A stretch of DNA of 64,000 bases. It comes from Torpedo marmorata. Taxonomy: Eukaryota. Below the pieces are notes generated by a model that was not told the origin of the DNA, searched no databases, and worked only from the letters and a program-made list of their open reading frames with translations. The stretch is from the NCBI GenBank assembly GCA_977017645.1, contig OZ360229.1, forward strand, positions 87,854,001-87,918,000, in the 5' to 3' direction. How positions within the stretch are numbered: position 1 is the stretch's first letter; each line of letters starts with the position of its first letter. Positions 25,901 to 38,955 of this stretch are shown piece by piece. The translations under genes were made by a program, and so were the position numbers.

Positions 25901-28810
25901 CCCAGTTCGTAATATCTTTGCTTAGTTCTTTCAATTAATTTTTCCATTTTATGTTTGTAACATTATAATGCAATTTTTTCTTAATTAAATTTTTTCTCTT
26001 TTCTTCTGTTCTTTTCTTGCAAATCTTTCTCCAAAAACTCAATCTCCCTCTCCAGATTATCCAATTCCTGAATATATTCCTTCTTAACTTTTGCTGAATA
26101 ACTTATTATTTGACCTCTTAAATAAGCCTTTAAAGCTTCCCAAATAATAAATTTATTATTAGTCGAATTAGAGTTAATCTGTAAAAATTCTTGAATTTCT
26201 CTTTTATAATTACAAAAATCCATTCTTTTCAATAAGGAAGAATTAAATCTCCATTTATATGTCATTTTTTTCTTTTTCTGGAATTATTCATGACATTTAA
26301 AGAGGTGAATGATCAGAAATTATTCTAGCTTTATATTGCGCTTGAATCACCGTCTCTTCTAATTGTGATGACAATATGAATCATGTCTAAAAGAATAAAA
26401 CAAATAGTCTTTTTCTTTTGGATTCAACTTCCTCCAAATATCTATTAAGTTTAAATCTTTCATTAAAGTAAGAATTCTTTTAGCAGTTTTAGTTCTAATA
26501 ATTGATTTTGATGTTTTATCCATTATTGGATCTAAACAACAATTAAAATCACCACCAATTAAAATATTATCATTTGCTTCTGACTAGTGCATAAAAGAGT
26601 CTTGAATAAATTTGGCACATATATATTCATGTGTCCACATTTCTGAATATATTTGACAATTTATTAAGACAAATCTTCCTGCAACATCTATAACCACAGA
26701 TTGTATTTTAAAAGCTAACTTTTTATTAATTAATATAGCAATTGCTTTTGCTTTAGAATTAAGTGAAGATGCTACCACTTGACCAACCCATTCTCTTTTC
26801 AACTTCTGATGTTCTATTTCTGTCAATGTGTCTCTTGTAAAAAAGCTATATCAACTTTTAATTTTTTAATATATGCTAAAGTTTTCTTCCTTTTAATCAG
26901 ATTATTTAGCCCATTTATATTAATACTTACTACATTTATTGATTTACTATCCGCCATTTCTAATATTTAATAAGTCTCTCTCTATCCGACCGACTGGTTC
27001 CCCCTTCCACATTTGTAATATATTTGACATATCCTTAGAAAAGAAAGAAAAAGAAAGAAAAAAGTAAAAAACCCCACTATATTTAAAAAAGAAAAAAGAG
27101 AAAAAAAAACCAATACTGGTATATTTATACCAGTACTACCACCCTCTACTGTTTGGGAAGTGGCCCTCGCCACTAAGGTAACGTGTGGTTAGGTGCGGAG
27201 AAGACAAAGTCCACCCCCCCATACAGATTTTACATAACATTTGTTATTGTTTCTTCATCCAATCCAGCATTTCCAAGATCTGTTAACTTGATCATCCTCT
27301 ATTCCGACTACATTTTCTTGTCCTGAAGTTTCTTGAAATTTCTCTCTTGATTGAAACAAGTCCTGAGTCGGTTCCATAATAACTTGAGATTGCCCAATCA
27401 AATTTTGATCTTTCTTTAAATTTAAGGAGTGAATTAGCATACTTCAAAACTTCTTGATGGTCAGTAAAAAAAAAATGACTGATTCTTTCCAGACTGTACC
27501 TTCAATATCGCAGGATATCTAAATGAAAACTTATATCCTTTGTTCCAAAAAATTGCTTTGGCTGGGGTTAAATTCTTTTCGTTTTTTTAATTATTGCTGC
27601 GCATAAATCGGCATAAAAAAATACCCTGTTTTTATTGATCATCAATGGACCTTGGTTCTTTCTCACATTTTGAACAGCTAATCTCAGTATCTTCTCTTTA
27701 TCCTGGTAATGAAGACATCTAATTAACACTGAGCGTGGCATTTGTCCAGGATATGGTTTCCTTCTGTTATCTCTATGGGCTCTATCTAATTCAAGTCCAT
27801 TTTGAAAGAATTCAGTTGAATTTATCCCTTCATAATCTTCGGGCAATCCCACAATTTTAACATTATTTTTCCGACTATGATTCTCCAATGTATCTATTTT
27901 TTGTAAAAGTTCATTTCTTTGTTGTTCCCAGCCTGTCAATGAATCTTCCATTTTGTCCATTGTATCTTTACAGTCCACTATTTCTTCACGACATTCTTTA
28001 ACCTCTTTTTCAACTTTCTGGACTTTCAGTGTTACTTTATCCACAGCAGTTGCACATTTTTTCATATTGTGTTTAATGTCTTCAATTTCTTCCTTAAACT
28101 CAGTAAAATTACTGTCTATAAGCTGTAAATCCATATTCCATACGTTGATTCATTGTAGACACTTGTTTTCTTAAGTTATTTATAGCTTGAATAAGAGTAG
28201 CTGATATTTCTTGTTTACCTTGAAATACGGTAACAGTTTCCTCTCTCTCCACTTATTTCTCTTTCCTCCCTCCATCTTCTACTTCTCTCTCCATTTCGTC
28301 ATACACTCTCCTCTTTCTCCCTCTATCTTCCGAATCCGCTGATGACAGTTCTTCTCCAACACTGTATTGAATTGAATGATAGATTCTTCCTTGGCTGTCA
28401 ATGTTAGTTGACAGCTCCCGTTGCTTTTCGCGCATGCGCGGTTGTTCTTTCTCCCTCTGTAGTTCTCCAGTCTTCCTTCGAGCTCCAGCGCCATCTTCGC
28501 TGGCTCCCCGGGAAGATGGCGCTGACGCTACTGTCAACTTGGCCGTCTTCGCCCGCGTCGTCCTGGGAGGGAGAGGAAGCCGATCTCAAGGCTCCATCAC
28601 GGAGGTAGGCCCAACCTCTTCTTCCATTACGCTTTCTTTAATCACTGTTTTCTTTAACTTTTGTTCTTTCCCTTTTCTTATAGACATTCTTCAAAAGTTA
28701 ATAATCTTGAATTCTTTAATAACAAATTAAAGTTTTTTTAAGTTTTTAATTAATTCTGTTGGGAGAGGTGTATTCTCACACCTCCAGCCTACGCCATCAC
28801 GCCACACCCC
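22975..28810 (-). mobile_element. Full-length (~5.8 kb) decayed L1-clade LINE with ORF1 and ORF2
   Basis: 5' ggggtgtggcgtgatggcg. ORF1 pieces: coiled coil, LENHSRKNNVKIVGLPE, ELDRAHR. ORF2 starts at ATG 26957 (MADSKSINVVSININGLN...), then EN, YRPISLLNVDYKI, TRQGCPLSP, SLFADV, IKYLGI, QYNFLHQLYLTP. G-rich 3' UTR, AATAAA and poly(A). Many frameshifts and stops. Confidence 0.95.
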
Positions 28811-28974
28811 CCCCCCCCCACATACATATATTATTGAATTAAGTTAGTCTCCAAAATACATTCCTTCTGGTTTGTATTTTGATATTCTAAAGTGCCACTT
28901 GATCAGGCTTGTTAATGGGAGATGAGGGAGTGAAAATGGGAGAGAGCTTGGTCTGATAGCAACTTCAAGACGTG

Positions 28975-29620
28975 CAAAATGAGGTATAAACAAATGCTGG
29001 AAGAGCTAAGTATCCATAGGAGGTAAAGATAGATAACAACGTTTCAGGCCCGAGCTCTTCAAGGCATGAGAAAAAAAAGCAGGCAGTTGCCTGAATAAAA
29101 AGGCTGGGGGAGAAGGGAAGAAAGAGCAGGAGGAGGAGCACAGGCCACCAGACAAAAAGTGATAATTGGATAAGAGGACAGGAGAGGAAAGGTGAGAACT
29201 GACCAGGGAGGTGTGGCTCTGTGAATGCAGAGCTGGAGGAAAGGAGACAGAGGGACAAGGGAGAGATGGGGGCAGGGCTAATGGAAACCGGAGAAGTCAA
29301 TGTTAATGCCACCTGGTTGGAGGGTGCACAGATGGAATACGAGGTGCTGTTTTCTTCCAATTTGCAGGTGGTCTCAGTCTAGCAGTGCACAAGATCATGG
29401 ACAGACATGTCAGCAAGGGAATGGGACAAGGAATTGAAAAGGTTTGCCCCGGAAGATCCTCTCCATTGCGACGGAGAGAGCCAAGGTGCAGAGTGAAGCG
29501 ATCTCCCAGTCTGCGTTCAGTCTCTCCAATGTAGAGAAGACCACAACAGGAGCACGAGATGCAGGAGATAACCCCTGCTGATTCACAAGCAAAATGAGGT
29601 GCACACTTTGAAGTTGGTGC
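28975..29620 (-). mobile_element. Penelope-like element 3' fragment (GIY-YIG plus pLTR with hammerhead relic)
   Basis: ORF 29303-29623(-) FACESAGVISCISCSCCGLLYIGETERRLGDRF; minus strand catgccTTGAAGAgctcgggcctGAAACGTTgttat at about 29033-29068. Confidence 0.88.
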
Positions 29621-30871
29621 CACATTTCTGATGGAACCTGAATTGGAAAGCCTGCCTCATTACTTTTACTTCACTGCATGGACATGATGATTCGATATGG
29701 GAAAGGCACACATGATACAAGTGTGATCAAAATGCTTTTAATAGCAAATAACTGAAACGACACTCGTGATAAGGCAGCATCCCAAGGTGGAACCATTCAT
29801 AGACTGATAGGAATCGCAAAAGCAGTGTCACCTTTGGAGTAGTTTGCATAACTAATAAAATCTGATAGTTAAATGAATGTTTCAACCATGTGCGTACAAT
29901 AAACAGAACACACTGGCAATTAGTTACGCATGGCATTGATCGCTCAAGGCAAGCGTACAGCAGAAATACCTGAAATGTTTGCTCCCAATGCAGTGCAATT
30001 TTATAAATAAATATTCCAAGTTGTAAAAGCTCATGACTCAAGTGCTCTGCCATGTTCTTTGCAATTGTTAACAGAGCAGCACTGCTGACAGGCAGGAAAG
30101 ATCCTCGTAGAAACATCTTCCTCGATTGAGATCAGGGAGCTCAACCCTTGGGAGGCTCAAGATGGAAATGCAGCTCATGAGAAATCCACTTCCCCCACCA
30201 CTACATTTGAAACCACATTATTTTCAGCTAGATTGTCAAGGGTCACAAATCCAATTCATTTGCACTTCAATCACCTTGTTTGTCAAAGCACAAAGGACAT
30301 CCCTCATGCCTCAAATTAGTTGTGGGTTCAACACCCCATCCAAATACAAGCAGTAAAAAGAAAGTGCAGGCTGGCACTGCAGTACTGAAAGAATGCCACT
30401 GTGCTGAAGACAGCATCCTTCAGGTGTGGGAACAAACAAGAGGTTTCACTGTGCTCTCGGGATGTAATCAAATCACGGCACTACATGGACAAATGTGCAG
30501 GAACTTCCCCTGGCCCGAACAGGAGGTTTTCATCAATCAAAACAAACGTGATTAAATAAATAAAAAAATAAAAGAAAATAAAAAAAAATCAAAAAAAATT
30601 CGCAGAACTCACTGCCCAACCAAATTTATGGGATCACATTCACCAGAAAACTGCAGCAGTTTAAGGCGAGCTCATCACCACCTGAGGGGGTGGGGAATAA
30701 ATCAGCAATGCCCTCACCCTAAAAACAGTAACAGATCATCTGGTCATTGGGACATTTCTATCTATTGGAAAATTGGAAGTGTGCAAATAGGTCTCCACTT
30801 TTGCACAATTTCAGTGACGACATTTCAAGAGTACCTTGCACTTGTAAAACACCTGAAGTATGAGAGGCATT

Positions 30872-31700
30872 TTCAAGATTCTTTTATGGTTATGTAATAA
30901 AACAGACGTAATATTACACAAAATTGCATTTAGACTGCCATAAGGCAAAGATTCGCCATCAGTAGAAATTGCCCAGCACCCCTTATTGTCACAGAGAAGC
31001 AAAAGAGTCCCTTCTGAGTCACTGAGTGTCCGTGGATTCACCTCCACCGCTCCCATAGTCTCTGCAGCCACACAGACTAGTCCAAATCAACGGCAACCCA
31101 AGCTGCAGATCCAAACCTCTGACATAATCAGGAAGCCTTCAGTGCCCGAGGCCCCTTGGATCCGCATCCCGCCCTCGGCACCCTCTCGCATCCCAGTTCA
31201 AATACCTGGCACCCCTTCAGCCAGTCTCGAGCCAGTCTCCAGCAGTCCGCAGCCCGGTGCAAGTCTTTTGGTCTCGCCTCCAGCAGCCTCAGCCTGCGTG
31301 GGTTCCTCGCCTCTAGACGCCAACAGCCCACCGCAGAGCCCCTCACTGGTCCGCTGTCGTGGTCACCGCCCCGTAGGGTCAGCCCCTCTGGTTCTTCTCA
31401 AACGGGGGGTCTTCTCCCCATTTTCTGGTGTTCTGTGCCAGTCATCTGCTCCCCAAGTCTGCAACCCTTCGAGGCTGCTGTCTAACATAGGTGCCACCAT
31501 CTTGGGGCCAGACCCCGCGGTCGCAGGATTTTAAAATAAAACACCGTCGGTTCCTTTAACAGGCCGTTTCAAGCCTGTGCAGAGCCGTAGGTAGTTGGAT
31601 TGTGCGGTAGAACCCTGTGGAGGAGCACGGTTTCTCCTCTTCCCGTTCTCCCTAGGTCCACATCATGGCAGCGTTGCCATTGCAGCAGCTCCGCCATTTT
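30872..31700 (-). mobile_element. ~830-bp non-coding GC-rich retroposon (non-autonomous LINE derivative)
   Basis: Minus strand starts aaaatggcggagctgctgc, has a CpG-rich body and ends ataaaagaatcttgaa; 3' end repeated at 15890. Confidence 0.55.
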
Positions 31701-31821
31701 TTTTTTAATTCAAGTACATGAATCCTTTCTTGAGAACTACTCTCAAAAATGTTTCCATGAAAATTGAGAATCTGTCAATTTCTTTGAGATCTACTGCACT
31801 ACAATAAAACCTGCCGAACAG

Positions 31822-32700
31822 ATTTTTTAAAACCAAAAATAGACTTTATTCACAATAAATTATTTACAAAAGGAAAACCAAAGTCTGTTCCCACCCTTAC
31901 TTTCATATCCATATATTCCCGTCATTGTGCATTGATATATTCATTTCTACTTACACCATTACCACCACTGTGGCATCTTGTCGCTTCTTCCCCCACCCCC
32001 TCCCCCCCCACCCCCCCGTTGTTTGAGGGGCTTCCCCTCAGTCTCAGCCACTCAATGCCCGGTAATGGGAGGGCTCTAGACTGTGTCCTTCCCCACAGTG
32101 CCCTCGCATTGGCTGCACCAAGCCTCAGCACGTCCCTCAGCCCGTACTCTTGCAGCCTGGAATGTTCCAGTCGACAGCATTCCCTCACCGACATTTCCAT
32201 GTGCTGAAAGACCAACAAGTTTCGGGCAGACCAAAGTGTGTCTTTCACCGAGTTGATGGTCTGACTGTTCTGGATGTCTGACTGCGTGCATCCCCGAGAA
32301 CAGCCCATAAATTAGAGCGTCCTCTGTTGCGCTGCTGCTGGGGATGAACTGTGACAAGGATTCTTGCATCCTTCTCCACACACTCCTAGTGAATGCATTC
32401 AGCAAAGAGGTGGTCGACTGTCTCTTCTCCGTCGCAGTCATCTTGGGGACAATGTGCGTGGTGGGTGATGTTCCAGACGTACAAAAAAGATCAGACTGGG
32501 AGGGCTCCTCTCACCACCAGTGAGGCCAAGTGTTGGTGCTTGTTTGTGAGCACTGGCGATGAGGCATTCTGCCAGATGACTTGGACAGTCTGCTCAGGGA
32601 ACCACCCCACCAGGTCCATGTTTCTCAATGTCTGCAGGACATTGCTGACCACTGCCTGATGTTAGTTTGGAAAAACATTTCTACGAAGGAATAGATGGAG
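31822..32700 (-). mobile_element. Tx1-clade LINE 3' fragment
   Basis: INSVKDTLWSARNLLVFQH...LQEYGLRDVLRLGAANARALWG; G-rich 3' UTR with AATAAA and A-rich end. Confidence 0.8.
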
Positions 32701-33524
32701 AACTTATTCATAGAGCCCCGACACCCACTTTCTCAGTGAAGCCTGTCTTGACAATGACCTGCAAGGCCTTGGGCAGAGAAAGCCTTCCAGTCAAAATCTT
32801 CTTGAAATACTTTGACAGCTGTTAAACCATGCCCCCAGGACTAACGAGCTGTCAAAAAATTTGAATATCTATTTAGGAAACTAACAAGTTAAACACATTG
32901 TTTAAAAACTTATTAAAACACAATTTAAAAATTTGAACATTTCAATTTTAAATTAAAGCAAAACATGTCCTTTTTTTGCGCTATTGTAACTCTATTTGTG
33001 CTCGTTATAGAGCTGTATGCAAGTTAGAGTTGATCCATTACTGTGCTAGCAGACGAAGCTTTCTCGCTATACCAGGTATAATGTGACAACAAACTTAAAC
33101 CAAACTAAAACTACAATACCTCCTTTTCTCCCTCAGAGTCCCTTCTCTCTATTGAATGAATGGTCCCAGGTCTGACCTGGAACAGGTCCAGTGGACAGGA
33201 TTTCCCAGGCACAACTGCTAGCAAACTGTAGAAAGTTGGCACCCCTGCATTCTTCATTAGTGACGATCAGCTGTGTGGAAGTTCGCATTGACGCATGCCC
33301 TCCTCGCAGTTCTGGGGTTAAGGCAGTTCCATGGGAAATTGTCAGCCATGCAGCAGACTGATTAGTTTTGAAGGGGACTCAATGTTGAAATTAAAGTAAT
33401 TGTAAGTTGTAAACAAACTGGAAATCACCACTTCAGATTTCAGAGTTTCACACAATTGCCTCACACATATTCTCACATTATGTTGTGCAGATTAAATGTT
33501 CACCAGATAATAATGTAATCTAAT

Positions 33525-33798
33525 TTAATTTAAATTTAATTTTTTTAATTTAAAATTTAAATTTAGACATACAGCACGGTAACAGGCCATTTCAGCCCAT
33601 GAATCCGTGCCACCCAATTAACCTACAACCGCCGGTACATTTCGAACGGTGGAAGGAGACCGGAGCCCCCGGGAAAACCCACGCAGACACGGGGAGAACG
33701 TACAAACTCATTACAGACAGCACTGGATTCGAAAAGCCAGTCCCAATCGCTGGTGCTGTAAAGGCATTGCGCTAACCGCTATGCCAACCGTGCCACCC
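33525..33798 (-). mobile_element. tRNA-derived V-domain SINE (young)
   Basis: Minus strand gggtggcacggttggcatagcggttagcgc...gagtttgtacgttctccccgtgtctgcgtggg; (AAATTT)n-like tail. Confidence 0.9.
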
Positions 33799-34054
33799 AA
33801 TGCACATCCTCTCTGCGACATCAAGTGAGAGGTGTCAACATGCAAACCAAAAGGGCTGCCATAAAATCAGATTTTTAATGCACCCCTGCACAATACAAGA
33901 GACACAATTCAAATCTTAGTTTTACTGTAGCAAGATTAAAAGCTGGTATTCTTTTGTTTACTTGGTTCTAGGTCTGGCAACACAGCATTTGGGTCAAGCA
34001 AGTGGAATGAATGGGAAGGTTTTCCCAATGCTACGCACTCAGGTTTTTGAGCAT

Positions 34055-34485
34055 CTAATTTGGTTTGGAATAAACATCTCCAATGACCCAACCTGGGCCA
34101 AGCACATCAGCGCGACCGTCAAGAAAGCACACCAATAACTAGTTTCTCAGAAGGAGGAAATTCAGTATGTTCCTCAACAACTTCTACAGGTGCACCACCA
34201 AAAGCATACTTATTGGATGCATCACAGCATGGCACGGGAGCTGCTCTGCTCAAGACTGGAAGAACCTACAGAAGTACTGAATGCAGCTCAGAACATCCCT
34301 CCTCTCCATGGCTCTATCTACATCCCCTGCTGCCTTGGAAAGGTAGCCAACTTACTGAAAGACACATCACATCCTAGGCACACACTCTTCTCCCTCCTCC
34401 CATTGGAGAGAAAGCTCGAGTGTAAAAGCACACACCAGACTTAAGGACAGTTTCTTCCCCACAGCCATCTGATTCTTGAATAAAC
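34055..34485 (+). mobile_element. Old Rex1-type LINE 3' fragment
   Basis: Degenerate aacatctccaatgacc...aagaaagcacacca...ttctacaggtgcacc...aaggacagtttcttccccacagccatc. Confidence 0.75.
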
Positions 34486-35316
34486 CCCACAACAGTGGGA
34501 TCATTCTGCCCTTGCTCAGTGCTAATTAATCTTTCTTTTCATTATACTCCAAATTGTTTTATTCTACTTTATACAGCTGTACTAATGTTGGAGCTAACCC
34601 GTTAGACTGCATGCAGGAGAACCCTTCTTACTGTTCTAGATATAAAATAATAAACAAACTCCTGGGCAAGAAGTGGGAGTGAATCTACAATAGGATTGGG
34701 CAACACAGCCATGATGGGTCGAATGGCCACTTTCGATACTGTGAACCAAGATTTGACAAGGTTATTATTTTCCCCTAAAGTGACTCTCCAACTGTTATTG
34801 AATTCATAAAACTCATCCATCTAGCCCTGCCCAACTTCAACAAATTTACTAGCACTGCCAACTCAATAAGTAAAAAAATATTTACTTAATTCCAAAAAAA
34901 GGAACAGGCTTGCTGCCCACAGTGCCTGCAGCAGCCAACAAGCACTGCAGCATCCAGTCTCCCAACAACGTACATTGTGCTGCATGCAAAAAGAGGGACA
35001 TGCGTGTCGAGCTGAATACCAAATCACTCCATTAAAGTGCAGAGCTCTCGCTTCCAGGCAATAGGAGTGTTTCAATCATCCTCTCTGCAAACAGCAGCAG
35101 TAGCAGCCAAAACAAAAGCTCACACAGTAAAATTAATATATACCGGTATATATATATTTTTAAAAATATTGCCAATTCAGACAATGTTTGTGTCACTTTA
35201 CAATTTAAAGGGCAGGAGAGTTTGCCGTTCAATTTCTTCCTTTTCTCTCCTCCCCCACCCCCTCAGCCTCTCGTCCTGCTTTGGAACCCCATCAAGCCTG
35301 ATTCAGTAAAAGGTTT

Positions 35317-35331
35317 GGTACAACATGTTCT
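35317..35331. promoter_or_regulatory. Exact consensus glucocorticoid response element
   Basis: GGTACAacaTGTTCT = GGTACAnnnTGTTCT, in unique sequence. Confidence 0.6.
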
Positions 35332-36811
35332 CACCCACAGCTGTCAAATGCTGTGGAATTCTGGCTGAACATTCAGATCTACCAATGGTCATGACATCAT
35401 TCCAAGGATATGGCTGAACCCCAGCCAGAACTAAAAATCCCTCTGCTTTTATTCAAACACTCGCTCTCTCTCTCTTGTTTAAAATGATAATGAAGTAGAG
35501 AGGCTTTGTGTTTACAATATTTCTGAAGAGCAAGTTTAAGGAAAAGATGAAGTATATTACAAATACTCTACCATTTTAACTCTCCGGAGAGAAAAGGGGC
35601 CTCATTCACTTTTACTCCTACATTCAAGTTGTATGGAGCTGTGGAGGGGTGGTTGGATAATAACCAACAAGAACTGGGATGGCTCCCATCTCACTTTGCT
35701 CCAGTTCAGGGGAGGAGAAGATAAAATGAGATAATGTGCACTTCTGCAATACACCATTTGCAACTCACAGAAAACCAAGGTACATTACAGCCATCCAAGT
35801 ACTTAAAGTACAGGCATTGCACAGTGCAAGGAACAGTGGCAGATGTACTGCACTCAGCAAGATCCAACAAGCTGCAGTGTAGCAACGATCAGATCTCTTG
35901 TACTTTGGTGAAATTAGTCACAGGATCAGATTCAAACAGCACCCTGAGATTGTACACCTGTCCTTTTTAAAAAAAAAAAAATTTTTTTTAAGTACAACGG
36001 ATCCATCTGCAAGGGAGGCCCCAATTTTAAATGCAATACCAAATGATGGTACCTCAGTCAATGCTGCACTTCTTCAGTAATGCATCAGAAGCATAAGATT
36101 TGACTTCCTGCTCCAGTCTCTGGAATCAAATTTCAACCCCACAACCCATCTTAGAGAGGAGAACATTTTCAATGTTTAAAGGTTCAAAAATAACCTACCA
36201 CCCAATTGTGATCAGTGGCCTGTTGCAAAAAGCATTGAGGAGGTACAGAGATGATATGCACGGAGATGATGTGCAGAACCAGCTGTAATGCCCCCCCCCC
36301 ACCCGTCTTCAACCTGCTCAGGACTCACGTTGGGAGGGAAATCTGACAGAGAACGAGGAAGAGAACATTTTCACAGAAAAGAGAAGCTGCACATGGTTTT
36401 GGACAAAAGAAAATTTGGATTGAAGTTCACTTTGTGAGTCTCGCACATTTGTTCGATTCTGGTTCAAGTGCAGCCTTATGAATATGTCAAGGCAAGATTC
36501 ACAAACACACCCAACAGAAGACAGATGAAAAGGCTGCTCACAAGGTGCTGGATTCTGAAAAATCAATTCAATATCTTTTGAATTCCAAAATGTCAAATGA
36601 TGATCAGCTTCAATGGATTAGAAACGAAACTGCCTTTGGAACTTAAGTTGACTTGTAGCTTCAAAGTACATTGGAAGGAGTTTAATCTACAAAACTCTTA
36701 AAGGTCTGAACAAAGCAGATTCCAAGAAATTGTTCCCTCCAGCTGGATGGGAATTGGAAACAGGGGACAGCATTCGGATGTGGAATCCACAATTTAGCAC
36801 TAAAGGTGTTA

Positions 36812-37548
36812 CGATCCAGTGATCATTGGGGGATCAGAGGTGGAGAGGGTGAGCAAATGTAAGTTCTTGGGAATCACTATCTTGGAGAATCTTTCCTGGA
36901 CCCAACACACAAATGGTATTGAGAAGAAAGGACATCAGCTCCTCTACTTCCTCAGGAGTTTACAGAGGTTTGGTGTGACATCGGAAACTGTGGCAAATTT
37001 CTACAGACGTGTGGTGGAAAGTGTGCTGACCGGCTGCATCACGGCCTGGTATGGTGACACCAATACCCCAGAGAATAAAGCCCTGCAAAAGGTAGTGGAC
37101 ACAGCCCAGGGCATCACAGGCAAAACCCTCCCCACCATCTAGAACATCTACAGGGAATGCTACTGTCAGAGAGCAGCAGCAATCATCAAGGATCCACACC
37201 ACCCAGCACACTCTCTGTTCTCACTGCTACCATCAGGAAAGAGGTATAGGTGCCACAAGACTCGCACTACCAGGTTCAGGAACAGCTGTTACCCATCCAC
37301 CAGACTTCTCAACAACAAACTCAATCAGGGACTTATTTAAGGACTCTTACGTTTGCATTTTATTGTTTTTTCTCTCTCTCTGTATTGCACAGCTTGTTTA
37401 CATTTCTTTACTTGTTAACATGTGTGCGTTGAGTCCGTTTATTTTTTTGCACTGCCAAAAAGTGGCAATTCTGCCTCACTCGCAGGAAAAAGAATCTCAG
37501 GGTTGTACGTGATGTCATGTATGTACTCTGACAATAAATCTGAATCTA
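36812..37548 (+). mobile_element. Rex1/Babar-type LINE 3' fragment (subfamily B)
   Basis: ORF 36819-37142 IGGSEVERVSKCKFLGITILENLSWTQH...; tail aataaatctgaatct. Confidence 0.88.
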
Positions 37549-38299
37549 AAGGAGAGGAGCAATGTTCTACCTTTGAAATGCATTGCCCAGCAGAGAATAT
37601 TCCTTGAATATATTTAAACGAGATAGAGAGATTTGTGAACTTGAAAAGAATCAGGAGACATAAGGAGCAGGTAAAAATATTCTGCTCTTATCAACTTTGG
37701 AGCAGATTCAAAAGATATGATGCTCAATTCAAGTTCTTATAAAAGAAAATGAAATGCTGGTGGGTACATCCATCTCCAGAAGGACAAACCAAGTACATCA
37801 ACTGAGATTTACTTTTTTATGATTCAGTAATGCACTGAATAAGCCAGTGACAATCCTGCGTAGAGTCAAGAGTTGGCTCATCCATTTTCATAATGTTGTC
37901 TCACAAACAGCATATGGAAATGGGTACATTTTGTACTTTTTGAAGGGAATGACAATTATAGATGTACCCTTGAGGGAAATAAACCGCAAACAAACAAAAT
38001 AAAAATACCCACCGCTGAATTCGTTTAATACACAACACTCCCAAGTGCCTGTCAAATGCAACAGCAGTGGAAACGGAATTAGTCACAAGGATGTGTTGGC
38101 AACTGGCAATCTGCTTTATTCTACAGATGTTAAGTTTTTTGTGCACTATCCATTTGGAGGAGGAATAATGGGAATTTTTAGCAAACTCTGGAAGATCTGC
38201 AAAGAATGCAGCAAGTCATTGGTCAGCTCATCTTCCTGCAAGTCAAACATCTTTCCAATGGTGAACCCAATAACAGTGGTTTACTCAGTAAATGCCCAT

Positions 38300-38955
38300 T
38301 GTAGCGACTTTGATCAAAATAGTCGCTTGAAGGCTAAGCGAGGCATTTGTCTGTGACACGTTTCTTGAATGAATCGGTAACGAAGCCCAAATGAATTTTC
38401 TCAAACAGTCTTTTCTAAACAAACACAAGGCTAACGTCTGTAGTAACGTTCAATATCAATAGCAAAAAAACTGCTGTAGAAGTAACTTTCTAGCGAAATA
38501 CTGATTAATCATAACATGTAACGTTCTAACGTCCACATAATGTTCCGTGTAACGTAACGGTCGACAGAAATTATCGACGCCTAACTCACCCTCCTCAGAT
38601 CGCCTATCTGACGACGCGGGCTTGCGAACCTCCTTTTCAACACGCGCAAACCCCCACGCATGCTCAATGCAGAACGCGCTGGCCGTGGCTCCAACCGCTC
38701 ACTGCCGGCACCGAGCCAAGCGCACATGCATCGACCCAGTCCATGGCGCATGCACACTGGCAGACACGCCGGCCCCGGCTGAAGCAGCCGCCGGGGCCGA
38801 GCCAACCGCGCATGCGCCGCCATGCTCCTTTGGCTCCGTAAACGGTGCCGGCCTTCGCGCATGCAGCCAATGGGAAGAGGCCTACCTATGGACCCTGGGT
38901 CGCCACCGATGCCCGTGGCCACCCACAGGTAAGAAACGAGCCTTTGGCTCTTACA
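38300..38955 (-). mobile_element. Solo LTR (656 bp), CpG-rich
   Basis: Termini TGTA...TACA; exact 5-bp TSD CCCAT at 38295-38299 and 38956-38960; strand inferred from the promoter-like half. Confidence 0.8.

Noticed and set aside
27140-27220. Possible HDV-like ribozyme in the L1 inter-ORF region
   Set aside because: Could not assemble the nested double pseudoknot by eye
30986-31534. 182-aa Pro/Ser-rich ORF
   Set aside because: Antisense reading of a GC-rich repeat; no domain recognised
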